DNA of 20,000 nucleotides from an uncultured virus (IMG/VR IMGVR_UViG_3300019458_000025) (taxonomy: Duplodnaviria > Heunggongvirae > Uroviricota > Caudoviricetes). Made by a program: the position numbers and the translations under genes. Below the pieces are notes generated by a model. It was not told the DNA's origin. It ran no database searches and worked only from the letters and a program-made list of their open reading frames with translations. How positions within the stretch are numbered: the first letter of the stretch is position 1; each line of letters begins with the position of its first letter. Of the stretch, positions 16,104 through 20,000 are shown piece by piece. Where the stretch lies: the IMG/VR virus record IMGVR_UViG_3300019458_000025. One strand, 5' to 3'.

Positions 16104-16331
16104 CTAGATCCTCCTTTCAACTTCCGGAGGTGGTGCGGCTCTCCGGACGTGAAGGACGTCCTTCTCGTCATAGCTCGCCTCGATCAGGGTCCCGCAGCCC
16201 CGGCTGCACGCGGCACGGGTTACGATCCCGTGCATGACGCTCACCTCGATCAGTTTCACGCGGCCGGGTTCGCGCTCGCAGCCCGGACACCGGACGACGA
16301 CGGATCGGATCGGAAGATCGTTCTCGGCCAC
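16104..16331 (-). CDS. Zn-ribbon hypothetical protein
   Basis: GTG at 16331; CPGC...CSRGC. Confidence 0.6.
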   Translation of the reverse strand: MAENDLPIRSVVVRCPGCEREPGRVKLIEVSVMHGIVTRAACSRGCGTLIEASYDEKDVLHVRRAAPPPEVERRI

Positions 16332-16359
16332 GGCCCCTTCGAGCCCTCTTCGTGCAAAC

Positions 16360-17232
16360 CTACTTCTTTCCGCATTCCGGGCAGCGCTTTGCATCCTCCA
16401 GGAATTCCATCGACTCGTAGGATTCGCGTCGTTTGCAGGACGGACATACACGGCCCGCTTCAACCTCCAAGACCTGCGACTTCGGTTGCTCTTGCAGGCA
16501 AGCCGGAGACGCCACGTACCGGAGGCCGAGGAGCGCGACCTTGATCGAGACCGGTCCGGAAAGCTCGACCGCCTCCTTCCGGACGTCAACGCCGAAGATG
16601 TCCGCGTAGCCCAACCGCACCGCGCTCTTGTGAAGAAGGCCGACCGAGTAGAGCATCCAGGACCCGGACGATGCGAACGCCTGGAGGGATTTGAAGACGT
16701 CGCTCACGAGCCCTTCCCAGTTCTCGCTCTTCCGTGCGAGGGCCTTCATGGGACCGCCATCGGGCTCGTCGATCGCGATCGGGAGGAGGCCGTCCGTCAG
16801 GAGAAGGGTCGGCACCATGACGGAAGCCGGGAATTCCTTGGTAAATGCCGGGTGATCCGGGTCTCCGAGAGAGAACTTGAAGTGGAGCGCCTCCCTGAGC
16901 GCCCGAACGTCCGATCCGGGCACGTCGCCCTCGAATGCGAGCAAGATCCTGACCACGTCGAAGCGGTCGGCTACCTCAAGGGTTCGGACGTTCCTGTTGT
17001 TCGTGTGGATTCCGTAGATCTTCTTCGTGCCGTCCGGGAACTTCGACGGGCTGTCGAAGGCGATCGTCTCCATTGTACCGGATGCCGGAATCTTCACGGT
17101 GTCGTAGATCTGATCGACGAGCGGAATGAGGCAGCGCGGGAGGTGAAGCTCGTGCTCGTTGCAGACGAGCGCATCCGGGAAAATGGTGTTCGGGTCGAGC
17201 TTGGGCAGGCGCGACGGGTCGATTCTAGGCAT
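16360..17232 (-). CDS. Hypothetical beta-rich protein with C-terminal Zn ribbon (possible jelly-roll fold)
   Basis: 290 aa, GAGGAG SD; IYDT..F..P..K...TN..L...F.V..I pattern; CPSC...CPECG tail. Confidence 0.8.
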   Translation of the reverse strand: MPRIDPSRLPKLDPNTIFPDALVCNEHELHLPRCLIPLVDQIYDTVKIPASGTMETIAFDSPSKFPDGTKKIYGIHTNNRNVRTLEVADRFDVVRILLAFEGDVPGSDVRALREALHFKFSLGDPDHPAFTKEFPASVMVPTLLLTDGLLPIAIDEPDGGPMKALARKSENWEGLVSDVFKSLQAFASSGSWMLYSVGLLHKSAVRLGYADIFGVDVRKEAVELSGPVSIKVALLGLRYVASPACLQEQPKSQVLEVEAGRVCPSCKRRESYESMEFLEDAKRCPECGKK

Positions 17233-17247
17233 TGGTTCTCCTCCTCT

Positions 17248-17409
17248 CTAGATCTTCTTGAACCGGAAACCCACGAACCCGTCGCATCGCCAGAGCGCGA
17301 AGGGCAAGAACGGCCATCGGATAAGGTACGGAAAGAACTTCCTGTTCATGTAATAGGACAGCGCTCGCTTCGCCGACGCGATGGAAGCGCGCTTCTTCAT
17401 GTCCATCAT
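17248..17409 (-). CDS. Small basic/hydrophobic protein
   Basis: 53 aa, ATGA overlap. Confidence 0.5.
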   Translation of the reverse strand: MMDMKKRASIASAKRALSYYMNRKFFPYLIRWPFLPFALWRCDGFVGFRFKKI

Positions 17410-17516
17410 CGCCGAATCCACAGGAGAACCCGGCACAGGGCGCAACGCCACCAATTGCCCTGCTTCCGGGCCTCGATAAGCTCCTTCCGATCGTGACGGC
17501 AGCGCGTCCAGTCCAT
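17406..17516 (-). CDS. 36-aa microprotein (CxH...CxxC)
   Basis: MDWTRCRHDRKELIEARKQGNWWRCALCRVLLWIRR. Confidence 0.5.
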   Translation of the reverse strand: MDWTRCRHDRKELIEARKQGNWWRCALCRVLLWIRR

Positions 17517-17526
17517 CCTTGGTCCC

Positions 17527-17688
17527 TTATGCAGGCTCGACTTCCTGGACGGTTGCTTTCGTCCAGAACTCGAACTTCCCGTATCCGAGCGGCCGGATGA
17601 GCGAGTAGGTGCCGTCCGCGTTCGCACACCAGACGGTCCAGAGGACGCCGCGCACCTTCACTTCGTCTCCCCGGTTGAATAGGTTCAT
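17527..17688 (-). CDS. 53-aa SH3-like small protein
   Basis: GGAGG SD; MNLFNRGDEVKVRGVLWTVWCANADGTYSLIRPLGYGKFEFWTKATVQEVEPA; not in ORF track. Confidence 0.7.
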   Translation of the reverse strand: MNLFNRGDEVKVRGVLWTVWCANADGTYSLIRPLGYGKFEFWTKATVQEVEPA

Positions 17689-17725
17689 GGAAGTCCTCCG
17701 ATAATCTGCCTCTTCCTGCCCATTG

Positions 17726-18202
17726 CTAGTCTACCGAAGCCTTGGAGTTCGGCCATCGGTTCGCGACATAGCGAGCCGCATCCTCTTTGTGCGTCCGATC
17801 TCCGCGAAGCTTGATGCCGTCTCCCGTTGGCCGAGCCACGTCAATCCAGGTCCAGTGCCGAAAATCAGGATTCCAGGTTTGGATGAAGTCGGCCGGTATC
17901 GTCCGCTCCACGAAGTACTCCTTGAATCCTTTCCGGCTCGTTCGCGCGTCCGGCACTACCTTTCGAGCGATACGAAGGAGGAGCGGCGCCCCCGATTCGC
18001 CGAACTCGTGGAGGTTCTGTTCGATGAGTGCCATCCCGTAGGCTCTCGCTTGAGCGAGCGAAGAAGCCAGGAAGACCTTGCCCACGCTCCGCTCGCGGTG
18101 CTCCGGCCAGTGCGCCTCTTGAAGATCTTGAAGCGGTACCAGACCGTGCTCCTGGATGGCATCCAGGAGGTTCTCGTACGTCGCGTGGTAGAAGTAGCTC
18201 AC
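17726..18202 (-). CDS. ADP-ribosyltransferase-fold protein (H-Y-E-like; Tpt1/KptA C-domain-like)
   Basis: YFYHAT...I.EHGL.P, KVFLA....A..Y, LLLRI, EY....IP..FI; GTG start at 18202 (alternative 18256). Confidence 0.7.
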   Translation of the reverse strand: MSYFYHATYENLLDAIQEHGLVPLQDLQEAHWPEHRERSVGKVFLASSLAQARAYGMALIEQNLHEFGESGAPLLLRIARKVVPDARTSRKGFKEYFVERTIPADFIQTWNPDFRHWTWIDVARPTGDGIKLRGDRTHKEDAARYVANRWPNSKASVD

Positions 18203-18290
18203 GATTGCCAGCCCCCGCTTGTCGATGGGCGGCTTCGGGAGACATTCACAGGGCACTTCGGGGCTCTCACCATGCCCTTTTTTCGCTGAT

Positions 18291-18542
18291 TCATCGGGAG
18301 GCTCCCGCGCTGTCGAGCCTGGTTTCGGCGCCCTTCACCGCTACGGCTATCTTCCGGTTGGCGGCGCGCAGTTCGTAACCTGTCCTCCTGAACGGGCTCT
18401 CGATCACGTCGCAGTGAGCGACCCGGTGCCCGAGGCCCCATCCGTGGAGATGCCACTTTCTACAGAAGGGACACCATGCTTTAAGGCCATGGCCGTCCTT
18501 TCGGAGATAGGCCAATAGCACCGGGAATCGCTGTTTCGGCAT
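18291..18542 (-). CDS. Conserved phage Zn-binding protein
   Basis: WCPFCRKWHLHG..GHRVAHC...SPF...GY; GGAG SD. Confidence 0.75.
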   Translation of the reverse strand: MPKQRFPVLLAYLRKDGHGLKAWCPFCRKWHLHGWGLGHRVAHCDVIESPFRRTGYELRAANRKIAVAVKGAETRLDSAGASR

Positions 18543-18558
18543 AGCCGCTCCGTTTCCG

Positions 18559-19326
18559 TTACTTCCTCTTCACCCCGAGAGTCCTCTCGTAGTCCTCGAA
18601 CCTCATCTTCGCGATCGCCTTCCGGTCGGCGGTGCGGACGACGACGCCTTCAGCGCGACCTTGTCCTTCGTCCAAATGGACCCTGGAAATAGAGAACTGG
18701 GTCAGCCACTGCAAGGTGTCCTTGAGGGAAACGGGCGGCGGCTCGAATCCGGCAATCGGCTTCGTGAACCACGCGGGAACGCGCTTGACCGCCTGAAGCG
18801 GCAGTATAAGTTCCTGGACTCCAGACATGGGTGGTAGAAAGTCCTGACCGCCATGGTCACGCCAACTGGCGATTTGCTCGATCGGCTGCTCCAGGATGGA
18901 GAGGGGAACGCGGGCGATATCGAAGAGGCGCGCTCCCTTCACGCCCTTCTCCGTGTACTGCTTGGCGCCCGGGAGTCCAGTGCCGTAGACCTCGAAGAAC
19001 CAAACGAGCGCGGCATCGCCGGGCGCCTCCGGCAGCGTCTCCGCGATCGGCTCAAGGACGGTCTTGATGTCATAAGTGGTGTTCCAGACGAGGTCGCCTT
19101 GAGCAAACAGGAACTCCTCGCGGCTCCCGATCAGGTACCTTCGAGGGCCGTTCGGAAGAACGACGATCCGGCCGTTCGTGCCGTCCACTTTTTCGGTGAT
19201 CTGAAGCGCTTCACCGGCCGGGAACGGCACGCGGACGATGTCGTTTAGTCGTCCGCGGTCCCCCATCTCGTGGTAGGTCTCGATGCCCGGGTACTTGGTC
19301 GCGCTATTTAGCTTCGCCAGGTCCAT
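18559..19326 (-). CDS. RNA ligase (Rnl2-like nucleotidyltransferase domain)
   Basis: 255 aa from MDLAKLNSATKYP; motif I TEKVDGTN, Ia GSR, III FEVYG, IIIa FDI, IV EGVVVR, V AKMR; GAGGAG SD. Confidence 0.88.
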   Translation of the reverse strand: MDLAKLNSATKYPGIETYHEMGDRGRLNDIVRVPFPAGEALQITEKVDGTNGRIVVLPNGPRRYLIGSREEFLFAQGDLVWNTTYDIKTVLEPIAETLPEAPGDAALVWFFEVYGTGLPGAKQYTEKGVKGARLFDIARVPLSILEQPIEQIASWRDHGGQDFLPPMSGVQELILPLQAVKRVPAWFTKPIAGFEPPPVSLKDTLQWLTQFSISRVHLDEGQGRAEGVVVRTADRKAIAKMRFEDYERTLGVKRK

Positions 19327-19348
19327 AGTTCTCCTCGTAGTTCTCCTC
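19326..19348 (-). repeat. Tandem duplication of the ligase ribosome-binding site
   Basis: GAGGAGAACTA occurs twice on minus (19338-19348, 19326-19336), period 12. Confidence 0.85.
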
Positions 19349-19382
19349 TGCCAACCGCGTCGTTGTGCTCCTCGATCTTCGT

Positions 19383-19972
19383 GTCGCAGGATCAAGGCCC
19401 CTGCGATGGCATCGCCGAAAGACGATCCGCCAAGCTGACATGGTGCCATCGTCGCTGGAACTAGGCCCCAGCGCTGGCTTTGCTCCTTTCGACGTCGAAC
19501 TTCCTCCTCGCTCTGATGATGTCGCGAGCACGGTACCCCCGCGCTGGCATTGCTCCGACCTAGAAGCAGCTTAAACCCCTGAGTAAGATGATGTCGCAGG
19601 CTTAAAACCCCTGCGCCGGTATTGCTACAAGAGGACTTGGCCGCATTCACGGACTTGGAGCTTCGTCGCGGGCTCTAAGCCCCCGCGCTGGCATTGCTCC
19701 GGCTGATGTTGTACCGAGCCGCGTAGAACGACGTGGTCGCAGGCTCTAAACCCCCGCGCCGGTATTGCCACCAAGCTGACCAAGGCGAGCATTGTCGCGA
19801 GCACGAAGCCCCCGCGCTGGCATTGCTCGTGACCCAGGACTTCTTCTTGTCGTTCCTCCAGTGGAGATCACGGTGGAGTCGCGAGCACGAAGCCCCCGCG
19901 CTGGCATTGCTCCGGCTCGAAAGGAGGTCACTTGACGTCGCAGGCTCTCAACCCCTGCGCCGGTATTGACAC
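19383..19972 (-). CRISPR. CRISPR-like array with heterogeneous 36-bp repeats (type V-like hairpin/pseudoknot), possibly truncated by the window end
   Basis: Nine repeats starting on + at 19383, 19451, 19521, 19593, 19665, 19736, 19794, 19878 and 19937; consensus GTCGC(A/G/T)RG-N6-RCCCC(T/C/A)GCGCYGGYATTGCTMC; unique spacers of 32, 34, 36, 36, 35, 22, 48 and 23 nt. Confidence 0.88.
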
Positions 19973-20000
19973 CACAGGGACAATTTCCTCGTGCGGACGG

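Noticed and set aside
19350..19371. Possible tenth, highly decayed repeat (GGAGCA..CGCGG..GGC on minus)
   Set aside because: Only partial similarity, no hairpin partner, and only ~11 nt from R1.
19327..19650. 108-aa N-terminal extension of the RNA ligase ORF
   Set aside because: It runs through the repeat array; the ATG at 19326 has a strong SD and begins the recognisable domain.
19419..19936. Self-targeting of spacers within this window
   Set aside because: No long match noticed by eye; an exhaustive search was not possible.
19733..19969. ORFs with repeated peptides (REHEAPALALL; AMPARGLRARD)
   Set aside because: They are translations of the DNA repeats; spacer lengths do not preserve frame, and the variation conserves base pairing rather than amino acids.
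19383..19972. Plus-strand class 1 (Cas6-type) reading based on the ATTGNNAC ends, or a TIGR-type array
   Set aside because: All stem mismatches are tolerated only on minus (G-U), and the degenerate repeats would fall at the leader side; there are no box C/D motifs or dual 9-nt spacers. Plus orientation is disfavoured, not excluded.

Overview
GC-rich, phage-like accessory/early region. About 50 short, tightly packed genes lie on the minus strand, many joined by ATGA/GTGA/TGATG/TAATG overlaps and many Cys-rich (Zn-finger-like). Recognisable products are a Tad1-like anti-defence sponge, a Lar-like protein, a phage ABA-sandwich protein, a zinc-ribbon/CxxC-x17-CxxC protein, an RlaP-type Pol-beta nucleotidyltransferase, an ART-fold protein and an Rnl2-type RNA ligase. 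An ABC/AAA ATPase and a DNA methyltransferase survive only as internally deleted remnants. Three sigma70-type promoters share a GTTAACAT -10 motif. The main find is a CRISPR-like array at 19383-19972 with nine 36-bp repeats and 22-48 nt spacers, possibly continuing beyond the window. No two repeats are identical, yet all keep a covarying hairpin plus a pseudoknot. Its G-U wobble pattern points to minus-strand transcription, two repeat classes are interleaved, and no cas gene is visible in the window. A second unexplained structured non-coding element lies at 5161-5320. All family assignments come from motif recognition by eye, not database searches.
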